A stretch of 64,000 nucleotides of DNA from an uncultured Pirellulales bacterium (GTDB lineage: Bacteria; Planctomycetota; Phycisphaerae; Sedimentisphaerales; Anaerohalosphaeraceae), in contig CAYVUI010000002.1 of the NCBI GenBank assembly GCA_964454745.1, forward strand, positions 27,643 to 91,642, in the 5' to 3' direction. The notes beneath the pieces were generated by a model. The model saw only the letters and a program-made list of their open reading frames with translations, was not told the DNA's origin and made no database searches. How positions within the stretch are numbered: the stretch's first letter is position 1; each line of letters begins with the position of its first letter. A program made the position numbers and the translations under genes. Shown here piece after piece: positions 8,737-16,588 of the stretch.

Positions 8737-9894
8737 ATGAGTGCTTTCAACCGAATTCTTGACCAGGTATGCATTGGACTGATCTTTGTCAGCCAGGTAT
8801 TTGCCGGGACATGGACCGAATTTGCCGTCTCCCCCTATGAAGGCGAACAACTTTACCCCGATATTCACGACGGCATCGTCGTCTGGCAGGAATGGGTAAC
8901 CTCGGACTGGGATATTTACGGTGCGGATATCACCGATCCGCTCGCGATTTATGATTTCCCGGTAGCAGCCTTTGAGCAGGACCAGATCCGTCCCTCCGTA
9001 TTCAACAAAAAAGTCGTCTACAGCCATTTCGTAGACACCGACTATGACGTATACGGCGCGGACGTAAACGACGTGGATAATGTTGCCTATTTCGTGGTCG
9101 CCAATACGACCGCCAGTGAAACGACGCCGGCCATCAGCGGTAATATCGTTTGTTATGAAGAAAACAGCGTAGGCGACGCGGACATCATCGGCGTGGATAT
9201 CACCGATACGACCAACCCACTGGCGTTTGCGGTTGCTTTATATGATTATGACCAGAGCGCACCGGCGGTATGGAAGCATCGCGTCGTCTGGCAGGACAAT
9301 TTCTTCGGAACCAACGACGTATTCACTGCGGACGTATGGCAAAGGAACCTGCCCGAGGAAGAGGGGGTAAGTACGGTCCCCGAAAGCGACCAGGAGGGTC
9401 CGGCCGTCTCCGATAACCGGATCGTATACACTGACAATTTTTACGGAGACTGGGACATCTACATGACTGACACCTCCGAGGAAGGTGCCTGGATTGAATA
9501 TGCCATTGCCCTCGAATCCTCCAACCAGAAAAATCCTGATATCGACGGTCATATTATTGTATGGCAGGATGACCGGGCGGGAAACTGGGACATTTACGGC
9601 TATAATATCCACACCCGTCAGCAGTTTGTGATCGCAGCCGATCCGACGGGTCACCCGACCCCCGTAAACCAGACGAATCCTGCCATTGACGGTAATTATG
9701 TCGTCTGGGAAGATGACCGCCAGGGCGTGAAGTTCATTTATGCCGCTATTTTAGAAGGAGATGAAATCGCGGACTGCCCGGTACTGCCGATGGGAGATGT
9801 CAATAAGGACTGCCGGGTAGATATGTTCGATGCCGCAATGGTAATGCAGGGATGGTTACACTGTGACCTCGAACCGGACACGGCCTGTTATTGA
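8737..9894 (+). CDS. secreted 7-repeat beta-propeller-like protein with dockerin-like C-terminal tail
   Basis: AGGAG RBS and a signal peptide. Seven repeats of the type xxIVWQDxxxGxWDIYGxxI. The C-terminal GDVNKDCRVDMFDAAMVMQGWLHC resembles a dockerin/EF-hand-like Ca-binding repeat. Confidence 0.8.
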   Translation: MSAFNRILDQVCIGLIFVSQVFAGTWTEFAVSPYEGEQLYPDIHDGIVVWQEWVTSDWDIYGADITDPLAIYDFPVAAFEQDQIRPSVFNKKVVYSHFVDTDYDVYGADVNDVDNVAYFVVANTTASETTPAISGNIVCYEENSVGDADIIGVDITDTTNPLAFAVALYDYDQSAPAVWKHRVVWQDNFFGTNDVFTADVWQRNLPEEEGVSTVPESDQEGPAVSDNRIVYTDNFYGDWDIYMTDTSEEGAWIEYAIALESSNQKNPDIDGHIIVWQDDRAGNWDIYGYNIHTRQQFVIAADPTGHPTPVNQTNPAIDGNYVVWEDDRQGVKFIYAAILEGDEIADCPVLPMGDVNKDCRVDMFDAAMVMQGWLHCDLEPDTACY

Positions 9895-9907
9895 GCGAAA
9901 TGGGGAT

Positions 9908-9937
9908 GGCCGGGCCCCCGCCTTAAGGAGCCCGGCC
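9908..9937. terminator. GC-rich hairpin between convergent genes (possible terminator, no U-tract)
   Basis: GGCCGGGC (9908-9915) pairs with GCCCGGCC (9930-9937) across a 14-nt loop. No T-run on either strand. Confidence 0.3.
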
Positions 9938-9970
9938 TGGATGCCTTTACGATTGGATGATTGGTTCGTA

Positions 9971-10687
9971 TCAGCGTTTAGAAGTTGTTCGTTCGCACAG
10001 CTCTTTTACCGCTTCGAGCTGAATATCTTTTCCGTAGAGGTCTTTTTCGTTGAGTGCGTACACCTTCAGCGCATTGGAGTCAACCTCGTGAAGCTGTGAG
10101 CGGCGGATCAGTTCGTTAAAGTTGATCTTACGCATACTCACATCTTTGGGTTCTTCCCCGTTTACATTTTCCACGATGCTCAGCAGGAAATCCAGCTCGA
10201 GCAGTTCCAGTCCGCTGCTGAGATCACGTCCCCTGCGGCGGGTGGAATTATCGTTGTGCAGCTTTTCGGTTCGTACGGACGACTTGGGTTTGGGTGCGTG
10301 AATCGCCCCTACCGAGGTGTCTGATAAGCGTTCCTTGCTTGCTAACATGTCCTTATCCTCATCTATGGCGTTAACATGATCATTATCATTTGCTTCGTCT
10401 TCCAGTTCCCTTTCCGGGGGAGCGATATTGCTTGGCCACAGCGGCGCGGTTCTTTCCGGGGCTTGCTGAGAAGGCCGCAAAGGTTCAACTCGATTGGAAT
10501 CCGCCCTCGTTTCATGCGAATCCGCAGTCAAAATGCTCACACTGTCCTCATCGGAAACTTGTGGGAATTCTCCTCCCTGCTGGGGGAAAGTGGTCTTGAA
10601 AACCTTCGGCTCGGCGTGACCGAGTTTCTTCCAGTCAATATCCCATTTTTTCATAGAATCAATCCTTTGATTATCCGAAACCGTCAT
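9971..10687 (-). CDS. hypothetical acidic, largely low-complexity protein
   Basis: 238-aa ORF with no domain I recognise. An alternative start at 10654 has AAAGGA 8 nt upstream, so the N-terminus is uncertain. Confidence 0.5.
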   Translation of the reverse strand: MTVSDNQRIDSMKKWDIDWKKLGHAEPKVFKTTFPQQGGEFPQVSDEDSVSILTADSHETRADSNRVEPLRPSQQAPERTAPLWPSNIAPPERELEDEANDNDHVNAIDEDKDMLASKERLSDTSVGAIHAPKPKSSVRTEKLHNDNSTRRRGRDLSSGLELLELDFLLSIVENVNGEEPKDVSMRKINFNELIRRSQLHEVDSNALKVYALNEKDLYGKDIQLEAVKELCERTTSKR

Positions 10688-10994
10688 TCCTTTGGCTCGT
10701 TTTTTACCGCTTCAAGGGGGTATATCGGTATACATGGGCAAATCGCTTGAATCCCAACAATGTCCGTTTTTTGTCAATTATTAACGATGTTATCGGACAT
10801 GTCCTATAATATTGCTTTAACTTTGCAGGAATGAGAAATTCGAAAAATCTGCCATTCTCATTATAATTTTAGTAAAAAAACATAAAAACACGACAGTATG
10901 GGAGTTTTTTATTGATAATTTGGACAATTCATTGTATATTGGTGCTTAAATACGGCTCGGATATAAAAATTAGTAAAAAATTCAAGAAAAGTTC

Positions 10995-11022
10995 TTGCAA
11001 TATCCGATGTTTAATGTATAAT
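10995..11022 (+). promoter_or_regulatory. sigma70-like promoter in AT-rich island
   Basis: TTGCAA (10995-11000), 16-nt spacer, TATAAT (11017-11022). Confidence 0.4.
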
Positions 11023-11028
11023 CAAAGA

Positions 11029-11162
11029 AGTAAATAGCTCTTTTTCTCTTTTATATGTTTCTTTAAGTGTTACACGAGTTGAGACCGATCTATATTTATT
11101 GATATTTATAAAATTTCTGTATGGTCTCGACAAGGCCGATTTACACGGATCGGCCTTTTTTT
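11029..11162 (+). ncRNA. candidate small RNA or cis-acting 5' leader (promoter to intrinsic terminator, ~134 nt)
   Basis: Begins just after the TATAAT box. Contains a long hairpin, GTTGAGACC (11078-11086) pairing with GGTCTCGAC (11123-11131), then a canonical terminator. No plausible ORF inside. Confidence 0.35.
11132..11162 (+). terminator. rho-independent terminator (+ strand)
   Basis: AAGGCCGAT (11132-11140), 8-nt loop, ATCGGCCTT (11149-11157), then a T-run to 11162. The - strand has no U-tract after the stem. Confidence 0.7.
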
Positions 11163-11212
11163 ATGCGCAAAAAGAGACTTCAGAACTCTCTAATATACTG
11201 AAAAATAGAGAT

Positions 11213-11500
11213 TTACCGTCTATAATGGCGAAGTTGAGTGGTCAAGGCGGCAAGAAGGATATGGCGGAGCCGGTCGATGGAAAGAGCTTCAAGATAGTCA
11301 GCCGTAAAATCCATACAGAATCGCCCTTTGAAATTGAGTATACGCTGGGTGACTTCCTGACGGTTCAGGCTGGCTATGGTCAACGCGATTTCTTCGAAGT
11401 TCTGCTCTCGGTCCATCACACTTACGTTCGATTCCGCACATAGGTCAAAAATCTGCTCACATGTATCTTCGTAACAATATGCGTTTAAGTTAGTCTGCAT
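11213..11500 (-). CDS. hypothetical small protein (95 aa from ATG 11500; 101 aa from TTG 11518); alternative B
   Basis: Longest ORF across the island (MQTNLNAYCYEDTCEQ...LSIDRLRHILLAALT), helical-looking. Its N-terminal ~19 codons lie in AT-rich sequence. It occupies the classical shadow frame of alternative A. Confidence 0.35.
   Translation of the reverse strand: MQTNLNAYCYEDTCEQIFDLCAESNVSVMDREQNFEEIALTIASLNRQEVTQRILNFKGRFCMDFTADYLEALSIDRLRHILLAALTTQLRHYRR
11225..11443 (+). CDS. hypothetical small protein (72 aa); alternative A for the small GC-rich island
   Basis: The ATG at 11225 and TAG at 11441-11443 coincide with the edges of the GC-richer island. G at codon position 1 is ~35% by hand count. 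It lies downstream of the leader/terminator and upstream of a hairpin plus T-rich tract. Mutually exclusive with the - strand ORF. Confidence 0.35.
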   Translation: MAKLSGQGGKKDMAEPVDGKSFKIVSRKIHTESPFEIEYTLGDFLTVQAGYGQRDFFEVLLSVHHTYVRFRT

Positions 11501-11506
11501 TGTTAC
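11471..11506 (+). terminator. hairpin followed by T-rich tract (weak terminator candidate)
   Basis: GTAACAAT (11471-11478) pairs with ATTGTTAC (11499-11506) across a 20-nt loop, followed by TTTATT. Confidence 0.3.
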
Positions 11507-11591
11507 TTTATTCGTCAAATTGTAAGTTTTTTAGAAGAATATATGTTTTTTTTTGCTGTTTTTTTTTCGTTCGTCTGATAATGTTTCGCCC

Positions 11592-12641
11592 ATGCTGACC
11601 GAGGATTTGAATTACAATCTTGACACAGAGCTTATCGCACAGGTCCCAAAGCAAAACCGCAGCCAGTCGCGGTTGCTGGTATTGGACCGTGCATCAGGGA
11701 ATATTGGCGATTATCACTTTCCTCAAATTATCGAATATCTGCGAAGCGGTGACTGCCTGGTCTTAAATGACACCCGGGTCATCCCTGCCCGTTTTTACGC
11801 CCAGCGGCAATCCGGAGCCAAACTCGAAGGGCTTTTTCTGCGTGAAAAACAGCCCGGCCGATGGATTGTCTTGCTCAAAAACGCCCAAAGGCTCAAAAAC
11901 GGCGAGCCGCTGATGCTGACCAATCAAAACGAGCAGGCAATCTTTCAGGCAAAAGCAAACTCGTTAAAAGAACCAGGACAGTGGGAACTGGAGTTTGACC
12001 AGGATCTTGCGGCACAAGAGATTCTCGAAAAGGTCGGTTATGCCCCCCTGCCGCCGTATATTCGACGCGAAAGGCACGATAACCGCAAAGACGAAGACCT
12101 GACCCGATACCAGACCGTCTATGCCCATAATGGAAACGCGGTCGCCGCACCCACTGCGGGATTGCATTTTACGGATGATCTACTGGTCAAACTGGACAAA
12201 AAGGGCGTCAAAACCGCATTTGTGCGGCTGGATGTGGGAATGGGCACCTTTAAACCCGTCACTGCTGAACGGCTGGAAGAACACCCCATGCACTGGGAGA
12301 GCTTTGAGGTCACTGAGCAGGCTGCGGATACGATCAACCAGGCTAAACAACACGGCAGACGGATTATCGCGGTGGGTACGACCAGCGTCAGGGTTCTCGA
12401 AACAGTAGGACGCGATGGACAAGTTAAAGCCGCACGCGGCGAAACCAAGCTGTTCATTATGCCCGGATTTCAATTCGGCATCATTGACGGGCTGGTTACG
12501 AACTTCCATCTCCCTAAATCAACGCTGATCGCACTGGTAGCGGCATTTGCCGACCTGAAAACAATCCATAAGGCCTACCAGCATGCAATGGACAAACGCT
12601 ATCGCTTTTATTCCTACGGTGACGCCATGCTCATCCTCTAA
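11592..12641 (+). CDS. queA: S-adenosylmethionine:tRNA ribosyltransferase-isomerase
   Basis: MLTEDLNYNLDTELIAQVP...SRLLVL..., VAAPTAGLHFT, GRRIIAVGTTSVRVLE, NFHLPKSTL. Start moved to the ATG at 11592 to match the usual QueA N-terminus. Confidence 0.9.
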   Translation: MLTEDLNYNLDTELIAQVPKQNRSQSRLLVLDRASGNIGDYHFPQIIEYLRSGDCLVLNDTRVIPARFYAQRQSGAKLEGLFLREKQPGRWIVLLKNAQRLKNGEPLMLTNQNEQAIFQAKANSLKEPGQWELEFDQDLAAQEILEKVGYAPLPPYIRRERHDNRKDEDLTRYQTVYAHNGNAVAAPTAGLHFTDDLLVKLDKKGVKTAFVRLDVGMGTFKPVTAERLEEHPMHWESFEVTEQAADTINQAKQHGRRIIAVGTTSVRVLETVGRDGQVKAARGETKLFIMPGFQFGIIDGLVTNFHLPKSTLIALVAAFADLKTIHKAYQHAMDKRYRFYSYGDAMLIL

Positions 12642-12754
12642 AAACCGGCGGTTTTAGGGATCACAGAAATTTTACTTGCTATTTGGGGCATTACAGGTCA
12701 GGATATGTTTATGTTACGCAAATAGAAGTACATACTACCGGAAAGGGGGTCTTT

Positions 12755-13495
12755 ATGAGTAATTCATTATCACGTCGAGATGTCTTTAAATACGCATCAG
12801 CCGTTTCAATCTTAGGCGCAAGCGGGGCATGTATTGCCGCGGAAGAACGGCATGGCCATGCCATGATGCCGATGGGCACTGCCATGAGCGGTGCATTTAA
12901 AAACGGGCAGTATGTATTGCCTGATTTGCCGTATTCCTACGAAGCACTGGAACCGCAGTACGAGCAGCGCACCCTTCGGATCCACCACACCAAGCACCAC
13001 GCAGGGTATGTGCGGGGGCTGAATAAAACCCTCGGCCAGCTTGACCATGCAAGGGTCAGCGGCGATATGGGCAGCATCAAGCCGCTCTCGAGGGCACTCG
13101 CGTTTCACGGCAGCGGACACGTGCTGCACTGCATGTTCTGGGACTCCATGACACCCGGCGGCACGGAAGTACCTGACTTACTGGCTCAAAAACTGCATGA
13201 GGATTTCGGCTCGGTGAAAAATGCGATGGACCATTTTGCCGCGGCGACCAAGGCCGTCGAGGCCAGCGGCTGGGGCGTCATGGCTTACGAGCCGATTGCG
13301 GGAAAAATCCTGATTCTCCAGGCAGAGAAACACCAGAACCTGGGCGTATGGGGCGTGGTACCGCTGCTGGTTTGTGACGTGTGGGAGCATGCGTATTATT
13401 TGCAGTATCAAAACAACCGCGGCTCATTCGTGGACCAGTTCATGAAAATCGCGAACTGGGACATGGCTGCGGTACGGTTAAAAGCTGCGATGTAA
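12755..13495 (+). CDS. Fe/Mn-family superoxide dismutase with twin-arginine signal peptide
   Basis: AAAGGGGG RBS before the ATG at 12755. SRRDVFKY Tat motif plus a hydrophobic stretch ending ACIAA. SOD motifs HHTKHH and DVWEHAYYLQYQN. Confidence 0.9.
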   Translation: MSNSLSRRDVFKYASAVSILGASGACIAAEERHGHAMMPMGTAMSGAFKNGQYVLPDLPYSYEALEPQYEQRTLRIHHTKHHAGYVRGLNKTLGQLDHARVSGDMGSIKPLSRALAFHGSGHVLHCMFWDSMTPGGTEVPDLLAQKLHEDFGSVKNAMDHFAAATKAVEASGWGVMAYEPIAGKILILQAEKHQNLGVWGVVPLLVCDVWEHAYYLQYQNNRGSFVDQFMKIANWDMAAVRLKAAM

Positions 13496-13502
13496 TCTCC
13501 GG

Positions 13503-14927
13503 TTACTCCAGGTAAACCGTATCGCCCGGCTTGATCTCCGGTATCTGAGAAAGTTTATCCTGAATATCCTCGGGGTACAAGGCGAACAGGGGGGAAATCT
13601 CCAGCTCGCAATCGAGGGTATCGTCAGGTTTGCGGGGAACGTTCACCCCTGCGGATTCCAGCCAGATTGCATCCCGTTCATTCATCATCCGGCGGGTTAC
13701 CTCGGCGCTGTCCACCCCGGTCGCGTTTTTGACCGGTGCGAATTCCTGCTCACGAAGCGTTTTTAGAATTATCGACTTTTGCGCCATTGGCAGCGCATCA
13801 AAAACAAAAGTTTCCAGCTTTACGCCGCAGGGTTTGCCCGGTTTTACCGGGTCGCCTTTTTCGTTAATATGCGGAATCTTTTTCACCGCCCGGTGAATCG
13901 GCAGGGCAAAACCTTTTTCGTTGAGCTTTTCGACAAAGCTGCGGCTGATCATATGGATCGCGATCGAACCGAGCTCAAATAAAAGACTGCCGTCATCGTC
14001 TTTTTGGGCCGCATATTCATCCGGCAGGTCGCTGTATTCGATCACATGTACACGATCGCCCACCATACAGAAATTACCCACCTTCTCAAACGGCTCGGCT
14101 TTGGTCAATGCCTTGGAAGACATTTCGGAACCATCCACAGCATGAATCCCGATGAAAAGCGGGTCAACAATATTAATCAGCGGATTATCGACCTGGAAAT
14201 AGCTGATGTACTCGATTCCCCGATTTGCCATATCTTCAATCGCCCCGCTTTTGTACAGTGCCTTTAGCGACCCGCCGTGGCCATCGGGACTTTTGGCAAT
14301 TGTGTCTTGGTCAGCAAGGAAGATTTTACCCTCAAAGTCAAAGTTCGGCAGCGTGCCCTGCTTGAAGAAGATCACATCCTGCTTTTTGAGGTTAAAAAAC
14401 CCGTTTTTCTCAAAAAAAGACACCGTAGCATCATAATTGAGTTCACTTGTCATGATATACCACGGAATCACAACACCAAATTTGTTCTGCGCGGCCTGGA
14501 TTTTCTCCGCAAAAACCTGGAAAAGCGGCTTATCCTTGATCGGGCTGATCTTGTAACTGCCCTTGGGACCGTCGTAGCCCAGGCGCGTACCCTGGCCGCC
14601 GGCAACCATAAACGCCGCCACCTGCCCTTGTTTAAGAATTTCAATGCCTTTGGCATGAGCATCTTCGAGCTTTTGTTTCTGTTCCGGGTCCGGATTGTAA
14701 GGATCATAAGCCGGTGCAGGCTCAAAATTATCCGGAATGGAGGCCGGGGAATCTTTTTTCACATAATTTTCCACCCAGTTTGGTATTTGTTCAAAATCCA
14801 GATCGGCGATCTGCTCAAGAAGATGCCCCTGAGCCTGCGTACTTAATTGATCGTAAAAACGCAGTACCTGCTGCTGGCCAATCGCTTCAAGCTGACTTTT
14901 CAACGTTTCAAAATCCCGGCCTGACAT
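13503..14927 (-). CDS. UDPGP type 1 family UTP-sugar-1-phosphate uridylyltransferase (UAP1-like)
   Basis: AAGGAGG RBS. MVAGGQGTRLGYDGPKG nucleotide loop, YFQVDNPL, SPDGHGG. Confidence 0.85.
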   Translation of the reverse strand: MSGRDFETLKSQLEAIGQQQVLRFYDQLSTQAQGHLLEQIADLDFEQIPNWVENYVKKDSPASIPDNFEPAPAYDPYNPDPEQKQKLEDAHAKGIEILKQGQVAAFMVAGGQGTRLGYDGPKGSYKISPIKDKPLFQVFAEKIQAAQNKFGVVIPWYIMTSELNYDATVSFFEKNGFFNLKKQDVIFFKQGTLPNFDFEGKIFLADQDTIAKSPDGHGGSLKALYKSGAIEDMANRGIEYISYFQVDNPLINIVDPLFIGIHAVDGSEMSSKALTKAEPFEKVGNFCMVGDRVHVIEYSDLPDEYAAQKDDDGSLLFELGSIAIHMISRSFVEKLNEKGFALPIHRAVKKIPHINEKGDPVKPGKPCGVKLETFVFDALPMAQKSIILKTLREQEFAPVKNATGVDSAEVTRRMMNERDAIWLESAGVNVPRKPDDTLDCELEISPLFALYPEDIQDKLSQIPEIKPGDTVYLE

Positions 14928-15037
14928 AAATTGCCTCCTTTACGGGTCTTCTTTGTTTTCCATTTTTTATTGAGATACACTCAAATTTACGATAAATTAA
15001 AAAGATGTCCAGCCATTAAATTTTTAAAAAATATGGC

Positions 15038-15066
15038 TTGACGAATCCAAACGAAACTGGTATTAT
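15038..15066 (+). promoter_or_regulatory. sigma70-like promoter far upstream of the pseudopilin gene
   Basis: TTGACG (15038-15043), 17-nt spacer, TATTAT (15061-15066), ~410 nt before the ATG at 15475. Confidence 0.35.
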
Positions 15067-15474
15067 GGGCGTATAGTTAATAGATGAAGAAAAGTGTGGT
15101 TCTTTTCGACGTTTATATTTTAAAAAGCAATTATATATTTATTACCTTCATGTGTCATATTTGAACCACTTCAGTTTCTTCACTTCTTTATAGATTCCGG
15201 CGCCATGCCGGGGAACAGTTTTTTAGCTGTTCAAGATGTAAAATGTGTATTTTTGTTCGTTTTGGCGTCTAATGATGCGCATTTACAGCGTAAAAAAACG
15301 TGTTTTTTGCATGAGAAGTTCGCTCTCTGGCCATTACATATATGGTTTTTTTGAACGTGTAACCAGAGGGATTTGCTCAGATAGCTGAAGTTACAGCACT
15401 TATTGATTTGGTAATTCAAGCGGGTCGGAGACGAACCTGAGCGAATGCCTGAAAAATTAGAAAGGAGTATTACA

Positions 15475-16464
15475 ATGAAAAAGAGAGGTTTTACCCTGAT
15501 TGAGCTGCTGGTCGTAATCGCGATCATCGCAATGCTCATGGCGATCCTGATGCCGGCACTGGGCCGCGTCAAAAGGCTCGCACAACGGATCGTGGACGCA
15601 TCTCACGTTCGCGGTATGGGACAAGGTACATTGATCTACGCACAGGAAAACGACGATGAGTTCCCGATTTCCGGCGGAAGAGGTACTGATCAATGGACAA
15701 CGTTACAGGCGCCGACTTACAACCCGCAACAGAGTGATTATTGGGACAAGCCCGATTTCGACTGGACGGGTCAACAAGATATGACCATTGGCTCCTGCCT
15801 TTACCTTCTGATTCGTTACGCGGACCTGTCTCCGGGCCTGTTCATCTGCCCCAGTTCAGATGAAACCGAGTTTGAAGGTCTGGATTCCAATGGTGATGGG
15901 CCAGAGGAAGACGAAACCGAAATCGTTGAAATGTGGGATTTTGGGGATAAGCCAGTTCTGCATTACAGCTATGCTTACCAAAATCCTTTCTTTCAGACAA
16001 ATTTCCCGGTAAATCCTTTGAACGGAAGTTCAGCTTCAGGTATGGCTGTATTTGCTGACAAAAATCCCTGGTATGATGCTGACTTAACAGAATCTGCAAG
16101 CGTTCCCCCTGATGACGAAGACTATAAGCTGTATGTTACTCTTATTAACCTGAGCAACTCTTCGAATACCAACAGTTGGGACAGCGTTCCCAAGGAAGAG
16201 ATCGAAACCGGTAACTCCGGCAACCACCTGCGTGAAGGTCAGAACGTTGTCTATATGGACAACCACACATCCTTTGAGCGTCGTTCAGATGTAGGTGTTG
16301 AAAATGATAACATCTATACCTTCCAGCCTCCGCAGAATGCACCTGGATTCAGCGTCCAGGACAAACGGCAGGGCTGGGGCGAGGGTGATTCCAGCACTGG
16401 CGGTATTTCAGCAACGGACCAAGACAACAACCTCGTCAATGATGAGGAAAGAGCCAACCACTAA
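15475..16464 (+). CDS. prepilin-type N-terminal cleavage/methylation domain protein (T2SS pseudopilin-like, DUF1559/H-X9-DG-like)
   Basis: AAAGGAG RBS. MKKRGFTLIELLVVIAIIAMLMAILMPAL class-III signal. C-terminal GNHLREGQNVVYMDNHTSF. Confidence 0.9.
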   Translation: MKKRGFTLIELLVVIAIIAMLMAILMPALGRVKRLAQRIVDASHVRGMGQGTLIYAQENDDEFPISGGRGTDQWTTLQAPTYNPQQSDYWDKPDFDWTGQQDMTIGSCLYLLIRYADLSPGLFICPSSDETEFEGLDSNGDGPEEDETEIVEMWDFGDKPVLHYSYAYQNPFFQTNFPVNPLNGSSASGMAVFADKNPWYDADLTESASVPPDDEDYKLYVTLINLSNSSNTNSWDSVPKEEIETGNSGNHLREGQNVVYMDNHTSFERRSDVGVENDNIYTFQPPQNAPGFSVQDKRQGWGEGDSSTGGISATDQDNNLVNDEERANH

Positions 16465-16497
16465 CTGGATCGTTTTAATCTTTGTTGATAGAAATGA

Positions 16498-16529
16498 CAA
16501 AAGCCGGTTCGTATGAGCCGGCTTTTTTT
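16498..16529 (+). terminator. rho-independent terminator after the pseudopilin gene
   Basis: AAGCCGG (16501-16507) pairs with CCGGCTT (16518-16524), followed by a T-run to 16529. Confidence 0.75.
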
Positions 16530-16588
16530 ATGCCTGCTTGCCAATCCCTTGTTTGCCGATATAATGGAACTGGATTACAAGGTAAAGC

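Noticed and set aside
11099-11224. N-terminal part of the + ORF 11099-11443 (TTG start).
   Set aside because: It would be translated straight through the strong intrinsic terminator at 11132-11162 and through AT-rich non-coding-like sequence. Only the part from the ATG at 11225 is kept as a candidate.
11519-11591. Possible preQ1 riboswitch or other leader upstream of queA.
   Set aside because: The region is essentially T-runs. It has neither the conserved preQ1-I/II aptamer features nor a stable stem.
12683-12754. Upstream extensions of ORFs in the track: SOD from TTG 12683, aconitase from 22941, pseudopilin from 15445, GspE-like from GTG 50348, CvpA-like from 51897, asnB from 22930.
   Set aside because: In each case an internal ATG is preceded by a good Shine-Dalgarno sequence and gives the family-typical N-terminus (Tat signal, MAKTLTYKV, MKKRGFTLIELL, MCGIVG and so on). 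The extensions are AT-rich or overlap the preceding gene.
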